Source: Chloroflexota bacterium (GTDB lineage: Bacteria; Chloroflexota; Limnocylindria; Limnocylindrales; CSP1-4). From it: DNA of 64,000 nucleotides. Location: assembly GCA_026004015.1 (NCBI GenBank), contig BPIH01000001.1, positions 16,398-80,397 of the forward strand, given 5' to 3'. Below are positions 15,788-25,898 of this stretch, in pieces. A program made the position numbers and the translations under genes. The stretch's first letter is position 1. Each line of letters starts with the position of its first letter. Below the pieces are notes generated by a model. The model was not told the DNA's origin and did no database searches. It was given only the letters and a program-made list of their open reading frames with translations.

Positions 15788-16870
15788 CAGGACCCTCCTG
15801 GCGAGTTCGGGTGCCCCGGACGAGGTCGCGCCCGGCGACGAGGGCCCGGAGCTTGGCCGTCGTCGCCCAGCGGGCTGTCTGGCTGAAGCCGCAGTCGGGG
15901 ACGAGCGAGAGGCGGGCCTCCGGCACTCCCGCCGCCAGGACCCGCTCGATCCGTTCGGCGACGTCGTCCGCGGTCTCGAGGTAATAGCTCTTGACGTCGA
16001 CGACCCCGACGGCGAGGTCGAAGGTCCGCGCCAGATCGGGCAGGATCTCCAGCTCGGCGAGCTCCCGGTTCGCGAACTCCAGACGAGCTCATCGGCCCGG
16101 AAGCGCCGAAGCTGATCGAGGACGGGCCGATACGTTCGCTTGGCGAGCGGCCGACCGACGTAGTTGCCGAAGCAGAGGTGGACGCCGAGCCGAAGCCCCG
16201 GCCGGCCGGCGACCCCGGCGACGGTTCGATTGAAGAGGTCGGCGAAGTCGACCGGCGCGTCGGGGTGGATCGCCGGCGAGGGTTCGTCGATCTGGACGAA
16301 GGTCGCCCCGGCGGCGGCGAGGGCGTCGAGCTCGGCGGCGAGGATCGGGACGAAGGCCTCGGCGGCAGCGGCGCGGTCGCGGTAGACCTCGCCCGGGCCG
16401 GTCCGGAGCCGCCCCGAGAGGGTGAAGGGGCCCGGGATCGTCACCTTCAGCGGTCGGCTTGTCCGCCTCACGGCGAAGCGGAACTCGTCGACGACCCCGA
16501 GGCCGGCCGGCGCCGCGATCGGCTCCGTGACCTCGAAGCGGTGCTGCTGGTCGTGCCCGGCGGGCCCCCAGCGGCGCTCCGGCGGGAGCGGTCGGACGCC
16601 CGTCAGGTGGCGGTAGAACTCGGCGGTGAAGAAGCCCGCCCGGCGCATCTCCCCGTCCGAGACGACGTCGATGCCGGCCCGCTCCTGGTCGAGGATGGCG
16701 ATGGCGACGGCGTCGTCGAGGAGCTCGGCGAGATCGGCCGGTCCGCCCTCGCCGCGCTCGATGGCCGCCAGGGCGGCCTCCATCCAGCCCGGGTGGGCGT
16801 GGGAGCCGACGACGGACGTCGTCAGCCAGCCCCCGAGCCGGGGCGCTCGCTCGTTCGCTCGATCGGTCAT
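15780..16870 (-). CDS. MetE C-terminal-domain-like (cobalamin-independent methionine synthase family, UROD/MetE fold) zinc protein, one apparent frameshift
   Basis: AILDQERAGIDVVSDGEMRR, IDEPS, HLCFGN and (after the shift) VVDVKSYYLETADDVAERIERV...LVPDCGFS. The frame switches near 16078-16084 (ADELV|LEFANRELAELE). The listed 648-aa ORF is a read-through fusion with eda. Stop TGA is at 15780-15782. Confidence 0.8.
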
Positions 16871-16885
16871 CGGTACCTCCTCCGC

Positions 16886-17858
16886 TTAGGCGCCCCGCGC
16901 GGCGGCGAATGCGTAGGCGCGAGCCGGATTCTCGACGAAGAAGGCGCGCCGGATCGCCTCCGGGACGCCCCGCTCGGCGAGGAGCGCCGAGAAGGGACCG
17001 AGGAGGTACGTCCAGCCCGGCCGGCCGCCGTACGCCGCCCAGTACCGCCGCCGGGCCGCGTCGAGGCCGAGGACGATCCGGTCGGCGAAGCCGTCCTCGA
17101 TCGCCCACTCGATGCAGGTGAGCGTCCCGTTCGGGCCGTCGGCCGGCCAGCGGAAGGCCTGGTCGTACTCGACGGAGGCGCCGGTTTCGAAGATCGCCCG
17201 CTGGTAGCCGCGGTCGACGATCTTGTCGACGTGGGAGCAGGACGAGGTGCCCCGGATCAACCCCGCCGTCGACGAGGCGGCGGACCTGCTCGAGGGCCCC
17301 GGTCCCGTTCTCGCAGTGGGTGAGGATCGGGCAGCCGGTCCGCCGGTGGGCGATCGCCGCCGCGTCGAAGATTCGTTCGTCGCGGGCCGAGAGACCGCCC
17401 TCCGAACCGGCGATCTTGATGACACCGGCCCGGTGCGGGGTTCGGCGGACGAACGGCCCGACGTAATCGCGCTCGTCGATCCCGGCTTCGATGTCGGCGA
17501 CGAAGAGCTCGGCGATCTCCTCGGTGTCGTAGGTCCGACTCCAGTGGCGATCCTCGTAGTAGCGCTCGTGGTGGAGCCCCGTCGGGGCGACGACGTGGAT
17601 CCCGGCCCGGCGGCTGATCTCGGCGAGGAGGCGGACGTCGCGGCCGGCGTCGCAGGGCATGGCGTCGACGACGGTCCGCAGCCCGAGGGCGACGGCCGGG
17701 GCGAGCTCGGCGACGGCCCGCTCGACGTCGGCGAGGAGGAAGTCGGGCTCCCGCTCGACGGGCCGACCGCCGGCGATGACGAGGTGCTCGTGGGCGTAGA
17801 CGACGCCGAGCTCGGACGGGTCGACGTCGCCGAGAACGGTTCGCACGAAGGGCATCAA
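16886..17858 (-). CDS. Phosphotriesterase-related (PTER/Php) amidohydrolase-fold protein, one apparent frameshift
   Basis: MMPFVRTVLGDVDPSELGVVYAHEHL..., ...GVIKIAGS..., ...PILTHCENG.... After a shift near 17236-17245 the sequence continues as SHVDKIVDRGY...VEYD...IVLGLDAARR... in the frame of listed ORF 16886-17425. Confidence 0.8.
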
Positions 17859-17960
17859 GCATCCCTCGAAGTTGGATTGTGGGATCGTGAGGCGGCAGCT
17901 CGGGACCCGGCCATGCCGGAAGCAAGCGGCCCTGCCGCTCTGACCATTGTGCTCGCCGGT

Positions 17961-18335
17961 CTAGGGCTGTGCAACCAGGCAGACGGCAAGGAGCGTGTCT
18001 TCGGTGATGTCGTGCCAGTCGTGCCGGGAGTTCGGGAGGAAGATGTAGAGCTCGGGCCCTCGGTAGGTGATCGAGGCGCCGCCCGGCAGTCCGAGCTGCC
18101 CGCTCCCTCGTACGACTTGGCAGAACGCGACGGCGGGACTCGAGTGCATGACGAAGTGCCCCCCGGCCGCGATCTCGACGAGCTGGATGTCGATCGACTC
18201 GTTCCACAGGATTCGCTGCCAGCGCACCCCCGTCAGCGGGAGACCTTGCCAATCCGGCATCGGCTCGAGCGCCGGTTCGGGGCGAGCCTCGACATCGGTT
18301 CGGCCGTCGGCATCGCGGAAGATCGAAACCCGCAT
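17961..18335 (-). CDS. Cupin-domain protein
   Basis: 124 aa, small beta-barrel pattern (VEIAAGGHFVMHSSPAVAFCQVVRGSG...YIFLPNSRHDWH). Sits inside the operon. Confidence 0.65.
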   Translation of the reverse strand: MRVSIFRDADGRTDVEARPEPALEPMPDWQGLPLTGVRWQRILWNESIDIQLVEIAAGGHFVMHSSPAVAFCQVVRGSGQLGLPGGASITYRGPELYIFLPNSRHDWHDITEDTLLAVCLVAQP

Positions 18336-18346
18336 CAGTCCACCTC

Positions 18347-19315
18347 CTATGCTTGCGCCTCGCGGTTGGGCGGGTTCGCAGCCGTTGGCATCGGGGATCC
18401 GCCTCCGGCTCGGGCCAACACGCTGAGGGCGGCCTCCACTGCGGCAACGCCCGTCCGCTCAACCGCCTCGACCGTCGTTGCTCCCGCGTGGGGGCTGGCG
18501 ATGAAGTTCGGGAGCTGCCAGAGCGTTGACTCCGGCGGCGGGGGCTCCTCGAAGTCATCGATGGCTGCGCCGCCAAGATGGCCATCGACCAGGGCCTCCG
18601 CGAGGGCGGCCAGGTCAACGAGGCCTCCGCGGGCCGTGTTGACGAGCCACGCCCCGCGGCGCATACGTCCGAGAAAGGTCGCGTCGACGAGATGGCGCGT
18701 CTCGGGCGTGAGGGGAACATGGAGGGAGACGGCATCCGCGGACTCGATGAGCGCCGCCAGATCGACGAGGGGGACGTCCGCCCGCTCGACGTAGGGATCG
18801 TGGGCGACGACCTCCATCCCGACCGCCAGACCGAGGCTCGCCACTCGCCGGCCGATCTGCCCGTAGCCGATGACGCCGAGTCGCCGCCCGGCGAGTTCTC
18901 GGCCGATCCGTCGGGTCCAGGTGCCGCGTTGGGCGTCGAGATGGTGAGCAACGAGATGGCGAGCAAGGGCGAACAGAAGGCCGATGGTCAGCTCCGCCAC
19001 GGCCTGGCTGTTCGCCCCGGGAGTCGTCCGAACCTCGACCTGTCGAACTCTGGCTGCCTCGAGGTCGATGTTGTCGAGCCCGCTCCCGTACTTGACGACG
19101 ACTCGGAGCGGTCCGGCCTCGAGCACCCGAGCCGTCACCGGATCGAGCCCGACGATGAGCCCGTCGCAGCCCCGAACGAGCTCGATCATCTCTGCTTCGG
19201 TGAGGATGCGCTCGAGGCTCGGGTAGCGAACCTCGATGCCAGCGTCGGCGAGGAGGGCCGAGTGACGACCCGGCACCGTTCGGAACGAGCGGGGCGTGAT
19301 CGCGAGCCGAGTCAT
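18347..19315 (-). CDS. D-isomer-specific 2-hydroxyacid dehydrogenase (PGDH-like)
   Basis: NAD fold GVIGYGQIGRRVA, LHVPLT..T, NTARGGLVD, and SPHAG with catalytic His. Confidence 0.9.
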   Translation of the reverse strand: MTRLAITPRSFRTVPGRHSALLADAGIEVRYPSLERILTEAEMIELVRGCDGLIVGLDPVTARVLEAGPLRVVVKYGSGLDNIDLEAARVRQVEVRTTPGANSQAVAELTIGLLFALARHLVAHHLDAQRGTWTRRIGRELAGRRLGVIGYGQIGRRVASLGLAVGMEVVAHDPYVERADVPLVDLAALIESADAVSLHVPLTPETRHLVDATFLGRMRRGAWLVNTARGGLVDLAALAEALVDGHLGGAAIDDFEEPPPPESTLWQLPNFIASPHAGATTVEAVERTGVAAVEAALSVLARAGGGSPMPTAANPPNREAQA

Positions 19316-20823
19316 CGAAGGTCGTCGTCGTGGACCCTTGTCAGGCGCTGGGCCAGTCGTTCGTAGCGCCCGAGGATCGGTGCGTAGCGTGCGTGGCGCT
19401 CCGGGTCAGGCTGGACGGGGGGTCCGAGTGACTGCCAGCGGCGGGCCGTGACGGCGACATCGGCCCGATCGATCCAGCCTGTGGCGGCAGCGGCGATGAG
19501 CGCGTCGCCCAGCACGCCAGCCTCCTGGCGTTCGACCGGCTGCCAGGTGATCCCGAGCACGTCGGCCTTGATCTGGTTCCAAAGCCCGCTCCGAGCCCCG
19601 CCGCCGAGGACCCGGGCGTGGGAGGGGCCGCTTCCGGTCGCCGTCGCCATGCGTTTGGCCCAGACGGCGTACTCGAGGGCGATGCCCTCGAGGATCGATC
19701 GGAAGAGCGTCGCCAGGCCGTGCCCAGCCGAGAGGCCGAGCCAGCCTGCTCGAGCCGACGGGTCGGGAGGGAGTACCCGGCCCTGAAAGTGTGGCAGCCA
19801 GATGAGCCCGCCCGACCCCGGCTCCGCCTCTGCCGCCAGCGCGTCGAGCGCCTCGTAGGCGTCGACCCGGTTCGTCCAGCCGACGACCGCGTCTCGGAAC
19901 CATCGCAGTGCCAGTCCGCCGCCGTTGATGAAGGAGAGGTTGATGTAGAGGCCCGGGACGACGGAGTGGGTCGCCATGAACGTGTAGTGGGCCGTGTCCG
20001 GCGCAAACCGATCGGTGCAGACGGCAAAGACGCTCGCCGTCCCGGCTGAGTCGAATGCCTCGCCCGGGTCGATGGCGGCCGCACCGAGGGCCGCGGCGGC
20101 CTGGTCCCCGGCACCGGCGGCGATGGGTGTGCCGGCCGGGATCCCGGTGACCCGACTGGCCTCGGCGGTCACTTCGCCGACGACATCGAGGGGGTCAATG
20201 ATCCGTGGCAGGAGTTCGCGGTTGACCCCGAGGAGCGTTATGAGCTCCGCCGACCACTGCTGCCGCTCGGTGTCGGCCAGGTTCGAGAAGTGGAGGTACG
20301 TCCGATCGATAAAGGCCTGTTCCGCCCGGAGACCGCCCAGGCGGCCCGCGACGTAGGCGCCGGGCACGACGAAGCGGGCCACACGTCGGAGATCGGAGGC
20401 GCGCTCCTGATGCCACCAGACGAGCTTCGGGCCGTGCGAGTAGGTGGGAGGACAGCCCGAGAGCTCGGTGATCCGGCGGCGATGAGGAGCCAGCTCCTCG
20501 ATGTACGGCTCACAGCGAGCGTCGAGCCAGGAGTCGAAGTGGGTCGCCGGCCGGTAGAGGTCGTCGATCCCGCCGATGCCGGACATCTGTCCGGAGAAGG
20601 CGACCCCGCCGACCTCGGGGGGGTCACCGGCCAGCTCGAGGGCGCGCCGGATCGTCCGATGCGCCGACGCCTCGATCTCGTTGAGGTCCTGCTCGACGAC
20701 GCCGGGCCGAGGGGTGAGGATCCGGACCTCCTCGAAGGCCGTGCCGAGGATGCGCCCGTCGAGATCGACGACGGCCGCCTTGGTCCCCATCGTCCCGAGG
20801 TCGCAACCGACGAAGACGACCAC
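19312..20823 (-). CDS. FGGY-family carbohydrate kinase (xylulokinase-like)
   Basis: VGCDLGTMGTKAAVVD N-terminus, ...GAGDQAAAALGA..., ...GGGARSGLWNQIKADVLG.... 4-nt overlap with the downstream gene. Confidence 0.9.
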   Translation of the reverse strand: MVVFVGCDLGTMGTKAAVVDLDGRILGTAFEEVRILTPRPGVVEQDLNEIEASAHRTIRRALELAGDPPEVGGVAFSGQMSGIGGIDDLYRPATHFDSWLDARCEPYIEELAPHRRRITELSGCPPTYSHGPKLVWWHQERASDLRRVARFVVPGAYVAGRLGGLRAEQAFIDRTYLHFSNLADTERQQWSAELITLLGVNRELLPRIIDPLDVVGEVTAEASRVTGIPAGTPIAAGAGDQAAAALGAAAIDPGEAFDSAGTASVFAVCTDRFAPDTAHYTFMATHSVVPGLYINLSFINGGGLALRWFRDAVVGWTNRVDAYEALDALAAEAEPGSGGLIWLPHFQGRVLPPDPSARAGWLGLSAGHGLATLFRSILEGIALEYAVWAKRMATATGSGPSHARVLGGGARSGLWNQIKADVLGITWQPVERQEAGVLGDALIAAAATGWIDRADVAVTARRWQSLGPPVQPDPERHARYAPILGRYERLAQRLTRVHDDDLR

Positions 20824-20832
20824 GGCCCACCC

Positions 20833-21393
20833 TCACCGGCGATAGCGCTGGTTGATGACGACCGTCGGCCCTGTCTCGCCGCGCACGACGCGGACAGGAA
20901 AGCCGCGCCCCTCGATGGTCTCGTAGTCGTGGCCGGCGTCGCCGACGTAGGCGGCGAAGAAGACGAGCGGATCCGAGCCGACATTGATGCTTCGGTGCGC
21001 CCAGCCGCCGGGAATGTAGTTCACGGTGCCGGCGCGGAGGGGCTCCAGGCGGTGGCGACCATCCTCGGTCGCCAGCAGAAGGCGACCCTCCCCAGCCAGC
21101 CCGATGTAGATCTCTGAGCGATCACGAACCGCGTGAAAGTGCCCTTTCGTCATGAAGTACTCGTCGCCAACGAGCCCGGGCTCCAGGATCGTCGTAGAGC
21201 ACTGGATCTCCGAGTTCAACTCGGGAACCGGGATGCTCAGGACGCGGTAAACGAGCTGGTCGGCTGGCTCCGCCTCCCCGGCATAGAGGCCGCGCATGTC
21301 GCCGAGCCGTCGCTCGGCGACCACCGGCAACGGGTCGAGCAACCCGGTCCGGAGATCCATGAAGACGGTGAACGGATCCAGGCGGGGCTGCAT
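20833..21393 (-). CDS. Cupin-type glucose-6-phosphate isomerase family protein
   Basis: TKGHFH, EIYIGLAGEG and YIPGGWAHRSIN match the cupin-PGI signature. 186 aa. Confidence 0.75.
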   Translation of the reverse strand: MQPRLDPFTVFMDLRTGLLDPLPVVAERRLGDMRGLYAGEAEPADQLVYRVLSIPVPELNSEIQCSTTILEPGLVGDEYFMTKGHFHAVRDRSEIYIGLAGEGRLLLATEDGRHRLEPLRAGTVNYIPGGWAHRSINVGSDPLVFFAAYVGDAGHDYETIEGRGFPVRVVRGETGPTVVINQRYRR

Positions 21394-22356
21394 CTACTCC
21401 GAACTCCTTTCCATGGCGACGATGACTTTTGCGGACTCCCGTTCGGTGCCTTCGAGGACCGCCGGGACTTCGTGGAGCGCGACCGGGCGGAGTGGCAGGC
21501 GACGCAGATCGAGGTGCCCGCCGGCGACGAGATCGCGAGCCCGCACGTAGTCGCGAAGCCGAGAGCCGGTGGAGCCGATGAGGGACAGGTGGCGGTAGTG
21601 GACCACGTTGGCGTCGATGCTTCTATCGCCGGGAAGACCGGCGAACGCGTGAACGCGACCGCCCACTTCGACGCGGCGGAGCGCCCATGCGAGCGCCTCG
21701 GCAGTTGGAGCGGTGACGATCGCCGCCGTCGGAGCCTGCCCGAGCGCCGCCCTTGGGTCTTCGTCGGGACCGATGGCGGCATCGGCGCCGACAGCCAGGG
21801 CGTGCTGCCGGCGCTGCGGAGACCGCTGACTCACGACGACTCTCGCTCCGAGGGCCTTGAGGGCCAAGGTCGCGAGGAGACCCATCGGTCCCGCGCCGAC
21901 GACCAAGACTTGTTCCGAGGGCGCAACGCCGAGGAGGTCGATGGCGTGGAGACAGCACGCGAGCGGCTCGAGGAGCGGCGCCAGGGAGACCTCGACACCA
22001 CCGAGCGGCAGGACGTGCCCGGCCGGCACGGCGACGAGCTCGGCCAGGCCGCCGTCTCGATCCACGCCGATGGAGCAACGATCCGGACAGCGGTTCTCGA
22101 AGCCGGCTCTGCAGTGGAGGCAGTCGCCGCAGCCGACGTCGGGATGGACGCCAACCGGGCTCCCGTCTCCCAATGTTCCCGCAATCTCGTGGCCGAGCAC
22201 GAGACCAGGACGGCGGGGCCGTGCAACGAGCTTTCGATCCGTCGCGCAGATCCCGACCCGGTCGACGCGGACGAGGATCTCGCCCGGCCCCGGGATGGGA
22301 TCCGGAACGGTGAGGATCTCGACCCGGCCCGGCGCGCTGACTCGGAGTGCCTTCAT
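21394..22356 (-). CDS. Zinc-dependent medium-chain alcohol/polyol dehydrogenase
   Basis: GHEIAGT, structural-zinc CGDCLHCRAGFENRC, and VVGAGPMGLL. Confidence 0.9.
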   Translation of the reverse strand: MKALRVSAPGRVEILTVPDPIPGPGEILVRVDRVGICATDRKLVARPRRPGLVLGHEIAGTLGDGSPVGVHPDVGCGDCLHCRAGFENRCPDRCSIGVDRDGGLAELVAVPAGHVLPLGGVEVSLAPLLEPLACCLHAIDLLGVAPSEQVLVVGAGPMGLLATLALKALGARVVVSQRSPQRRQHALAVGADAAIGPDEDPRAALGQAPTAAIVTAPTAEALAWALRRVEVGGRVHAFAGLPGDRSIDANVVHYRHLSLIGSTGSRLRDYVRARDLVAGGHLDLRRLPLRPVALHEVPAVLEGTERESAKVIVAMERSSE

Positions 22357-23369
22357 CGGACCTCGCCGAGACTGACGTCGCGATCCTCACGGAGCGAGCG
22401 GTTGACGGCGATCACGACCTCGAGCGCTCGGAGCCCGTCGCGAAGGCCGGGCTCGGCCGGAGCATCGCCGCGACACGCGGCGATGAAGTGGCGATCCTCG
22501 GCCCGATAGGCATCCTGAAACAGGCGCGCCCAGCCGGCGACCGGATCTCGCCGCACCTGCTGCTTCGTTACGACGAGTGGTCCTTCCGCCGGATCGCCGA
22601 CGAAGAGGACGCCTTCGGTCCCGTAGACCTCGGCTCGCGCGTCGTACCCGTAGTCAGCAGGACAGGCGCCGTCGATGTGGGCGAGGCCACCTCGGTCGAG
22701 GGATGCCTGAAGGGCGAGGACGTCGACGAAGCCAGGGTGGCTGGCTGCGATCTCGGGTCGCTTGGCAGCCCGCCCGATGGCGCGAACGCGGGCGAACTCC
22801 TGCCCGCTGAGCCAGCGCACCGTGTCGATGTCGTGGGAGTTCACCTCGGCGATGAGGCCGCCTGAGCGCTCGACGTCCCAGGCCCACGGGGGCGGGAGGC
22901 CGGGTCCGCGAGTGGTGGATCGGATGTAGAGGGGCTCGCCGACGGCGCCCTGATCGATGAGCTCGCGGGCACGCCGAAAGCCGCGGTCGAAGCGGCGCAT
23001 GAACGCCATCATGAAGACGCACCGCGCCGCCCCGAGGGCGGCCTCGATCCGATGCGCGTCGGCCAGTGAGGCGGCCAGCGGCTTCTCGCTCAGAACGTGC
23101 TTCCCCGCCGCCAGGGCCGCCACGGCCAGGTCGGCGTGGCTGAACGTGGGAGAGGCGATGACGACGGCATCCACGCGGTCGTCAGTCACGGCGGCGACTG
23201 GGTCGACGAAGGCCTGACAGCCGAGCTCCGCAGCGGCGCGCTCAGCGACGTCTGTGGCCGGATCGGCGATCCCGACAAGGTGGCTGCCCGGGACCCCGGC
23301 GGCGAAGTTGCGGGCGTGGACCATCCCTGCCCGGCCGGCGCCCACCACGAGGACGGCGAGGTCGCTCAC
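22353..23369 (-). CDS. Gfo/Idh/MocA-family NAD(P) oxidoreductase
   Basis: GTG 23369 in a GTGA overlap with the permease stop. VLVVGAGRAGMVHARN..., ...HVLSEKPLA..., C-terminal alpha/beta domain. The listed 580-aa ORF is an over-extension. Confidence 0.85.
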   Translation of the reverse strand: MSDLAVLVVGAGRAGMVHARNFAAGVPGSHLVGIADPATDVAERAAAELGCQAFVDPVAAVTDDRVDAVVIASPTFSHADLAVAALAAGKHVLSEKPLAASLADAHRIEAALGAARCVFMMAFMRRFDRGFRRARELIDQGAVGEPLYIRSTTRGPGLPPPWAWDVERSGGLIAEVNSHDIDTVRWLSGQEFARVRAIGRAAKRPEIAASHPGFVDVLALQASLDRGGLAHIDGACPADYGYDARAEVYGTEGVLFVGDPAEGPLVVTKQQVRRDPVAGWARLFQDAYRAEDRHFIAACRGDAPAEPGLRDGLRALEVVIAVNRSLREDRDVSLGEVR

Positions 23370-24412
23370 CGCAGGCGCTCCCCGGTCAGGCGCCGCCGCA
23401 GCTGGTCGAGGGCGACGACAGCGACGATGATGAGCCCGTTGGAGACACGCTGCCAAAACTCGGGAATGCCCATGATGCTCAGACCGTTGGCGAGGACGCC
23501 GATGATGAGGACGCCGATGATCGTCCCGCTGATCGTTCCCTGGCCGCCGAAGAGGTTCGTGCCGCCGACGACGACCGCGGCAATGGACTGGAGCTCCATC
23601 CCCTCGCCCATGAGGGCGTTGGCGCTCGAGAGGCGTCCCGCAAGGAGGATGCCGCCAAGGGCAGCCAGGAGCCCCGAAAGGGCGTAGACCCGAAACTTCG
23701 TCCGGCCGACGTCGATCCCTGAGGCGTGGGCAGCCTCGCGATTGCCGCCCACGGCAAGGGCGGCCCGGCCGAGCTTGGTCCGAGCCAGAATGAAGGCCCC
23801 GACAACGGCCACGAGGCCGGTGACGACGGCGATGAGCGGAAGTGGTCCGATACTCCCGGCGCCGACCGTGTTGACCGACTCGGGCAAGGTTCGGCCCTCC
23901 ACGACCTTCGCAAATGTCGGCACCGGGAGGCCCTCGGTCACGAGGAGCGCCACACCCCGGACGGCCGAAAACGCTCCGAGGGTGGCGATGATGTCCGGCA
24001 CGCGGAGATATCGAATCACGGCGCCGTTGATGGCGCCGACGAGGAGCCCGGAGGCGAGGCCGAGGACCCAGGCGACCGGCTCCGGCCATCCCCAATGGGC
24101 GTACGAGACGGCCATGAGGCAGCCCGACAGAGCCGCCGTCGCCGCCACCGAAAGATCGATGCCGGCCGTGACGATGACGAGGGTCTGGGCCACGGCAAGG
24201 ACGCCGACCACGGCGACCTGGCGGAGGATGTTCAGGAGGTTGCGATCGGTAGCGAAGTTGGGGCTGAGGACCGAGAAGACGGCAACGAGGAGCACGAGGA
24301 TGAGCAGGGCGCCACCTCTGCCTCCGGCAAACGACGCCACCCGAACCGGGACACTCGCGGCTCGGGCTTCCTGCGCTGGTGATTGGGCATCGAGCTCAGC
24401 CACGGACACCAC
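23366..24412 (-). CDS. ABC sugar transporter permease (RbsC/XylH-like)
   Basis: About 10 TM segments. Motifs TAGIDLSV and ...GGTNLFGGQGTISGT... are typical of the ribose-type permease family. Confidence 0.9.
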   Translation of the reverse strand: MVSVAELDAQSPAQEARAASVPVRVASFAGGRGGALLILVLLVAVFSVLSPNFATDRNLLNILRQVAVVGVLAVAQTLVIVTAGIDLSVAATAALSGCLMAVSYAHWGWPEPVAWVLGLASGLLVGAINGAVIRYLRVPDIIATLGAFSAVRGVALLVTEGLPVPTFAKVVEGRTLPESVNTVGAGSIGPLPLIAVVTGLVAVVGAFILARTKLGRAALAVGGNREAAHASGIDVGRTKFRVYALSGLLAALGGILLAGRLSSANALMGEGMELQSIAAVVVGGTNLFGGQGTISGTIIGVLIIGVLANGLSIMGIPEFWQRVSNGLIIVAVVALDQLRRRLTGERLR

Positions 24413-25898
24413 CTGCTGCTGTCATGATTGCCTCCTCGCTGACGGTCGGGTCGAAGATGGCGGCAACCCGGCCGGCGGACATGACCACGACTCGGTCGCC
24501 GATGGCGCGCGCCTCGCCGATCTCTGATGTTCCGTACAGAACAGCCGTGCCTTCCTCGGCCAGCCGACGGACGAGTCTGAACACTTCCTCCTTGGCCCCA
24601 ACATCGATGCCTCGCGTGGCATCATCGAGAATGAGGATCCGAGCCCCGGCGCACATCCAGCGGCCGAGGATGACCTTCTGTTGATTGCCGCCCGAGAGTT
24701 CACCCGCGGGCCGACGCGGGTCGTCGATGCGGACGTCGAGCTCCGCCACGTACCGGCGGGCTAAGGCGGTCTCGGCCCCAGCGTCGATGACCGGACCCCG
24801 CCCGAGCCGGCCGAGCGAAGCGAGGCTGATGTTCCCCGCCACCGAGAGTTGGTGGACGATACCGAGACGCCGGTCGGGGGCGACGTACCCGAGGCCGCGC
24901 TCGATGGCCACGGTCGGCGAGGCGATCGTTGCCGGTCGCCCGTCGATCTCGATCGTGCCTTGCCTGATCGGCTCGAGACCGAACAGGGCCCGGGCCAGCT
25001 CGCTGCGCCCCGATCCCACGAGGCCGAACACCGAGACGATCTCGCCGGCCCGGAGTTCGAGATCCACCGGGCCGAGGCGCGGCGGAACGACGAGGCCGCT
25101 GACGCGCAAAACCGTCGGCCCAAGCGCCCTGTGTGAGCCTTGGCCGGGGCCCGTCGGTCCTTGGACCTCGCGTCCAACGAGGAGCCGTGCTAGCTCGGCT
25201 TCGTCGACCTCGGCCGTCCGGCGGCGAGCGACGACCCGACCGTCGCGGAGAACGGTGACTCGATCGGCGATCTCCATGACCTCGGCGAGCCGATGGGAAA
25301 CGTAGATGACGGCGACGCCAGAGCGGGCAAGCTCTCGGATGATGTCGAAGAGCCGCCTCGCCTCGGGCTCGGAGAGGGCCGAGGTCGGCTCGTCGAGGAG
25401 GAGCACTCTGGGCTGGAGTGACAACGCCTTGGCGATCTCTACGAGCTGGCGTTCCGCCATCGGAAGGGCCCTGACGAGGACGGTCGGGGATGCATGCAAG
25501 CCGACGACCTCGAGATGGCGGCGGGCCTCCTGCTGGAGGGCCGACCAGTCGACGAGCCCCATCCCGCCCGGCCAGCGCCCAAGGAGGACGTTCTCCTCGA
25601 CCGTCAGGGACGGGACGAGGCTGAGTTCCTGGTAGACGATGCCGATGCCGGCTCGTCGCGCCGCCTCGGGGCTACCAAAGGGAACCGGGTGACCCTCGAT
25701 GAGGAGCTCGCCGGCGTCGGGGACGACGGCGCCGGCGATGATCTTCATGAGCGTCGACTTGCCGGCCCCGTTCTCCCCGAGGAGGGCGTGGATCTCGCGG
25801 GCGTCGACCTCGAGGTCGACGCCCGCGAGGGCTTGAACGCCGGGGTACCGCTTTTCGATACCTCGGGCGACGAGGGCCTGACTGAGTGCTACTGGCAC
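24396..25898 (-). CDS. ABC sugar transporter ATP-binding protein (two-NBD, RbsA-like)
   Basis: GTG 25898 overlaps the SBP stop. Walker A GENGAGKST, LSLQPRVLLLDEPTS, and a second NBD with LSGGNQQKV and ILILDDATRGIDV. Confidence 0.9.
   Translation of the reverse strand: MPVALSQALVARGIEKRYPGVQALAGVDLEVDAREIHALLGENGAGKSTLMKIIAGAVVPDAGELLIEGHPVPFGSPEAARRAGIGIVYQELSLVPSLTVEENVLLGRWPGGMGLVDWSALQQEARRHLEVVGLHASPTVLVRALPMAERQLVEIAKALSLQPRVLLLDEPTSALSEPEARRLFDIIRELARSGVAVIYVSHRLAEVMEIADRVTVLRDGRVVARRRTAEVDEAELARLLVGREVQGPTGPGQGSHRALGPTVLRVSGLVVPPRLGPVDLELRAGEIVSVFGLVGSGRSELARALFGLEPIRQGTIEIDGRPATIASPTVAIERGLGYVAPDRRLGIVHQLSVAGNISLASLGRLGRGPVIDAGAETALARRYVAELDVRIDDPRRPAGELSGGNQQKVILGRWMCAGARILILDDATRGIDVGAKEEVFRLVRRLAEEGTAVLYGTSEIGEARAIGDRVVVMSAGRVAAIFDPTVSEEAIMTAAGGVRG

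Noticed and set aside
14924-17858. 648-aa (14924-16870) and 589-aa (16089-17858) ORFs read as single large proteins
   Set aside because: They are read-through fusions created by single frame breaks. The first is MetE-like plus eda, and the second is the PTE-like N-terminus plus off-frame MetE region. I split them into the individual genes.
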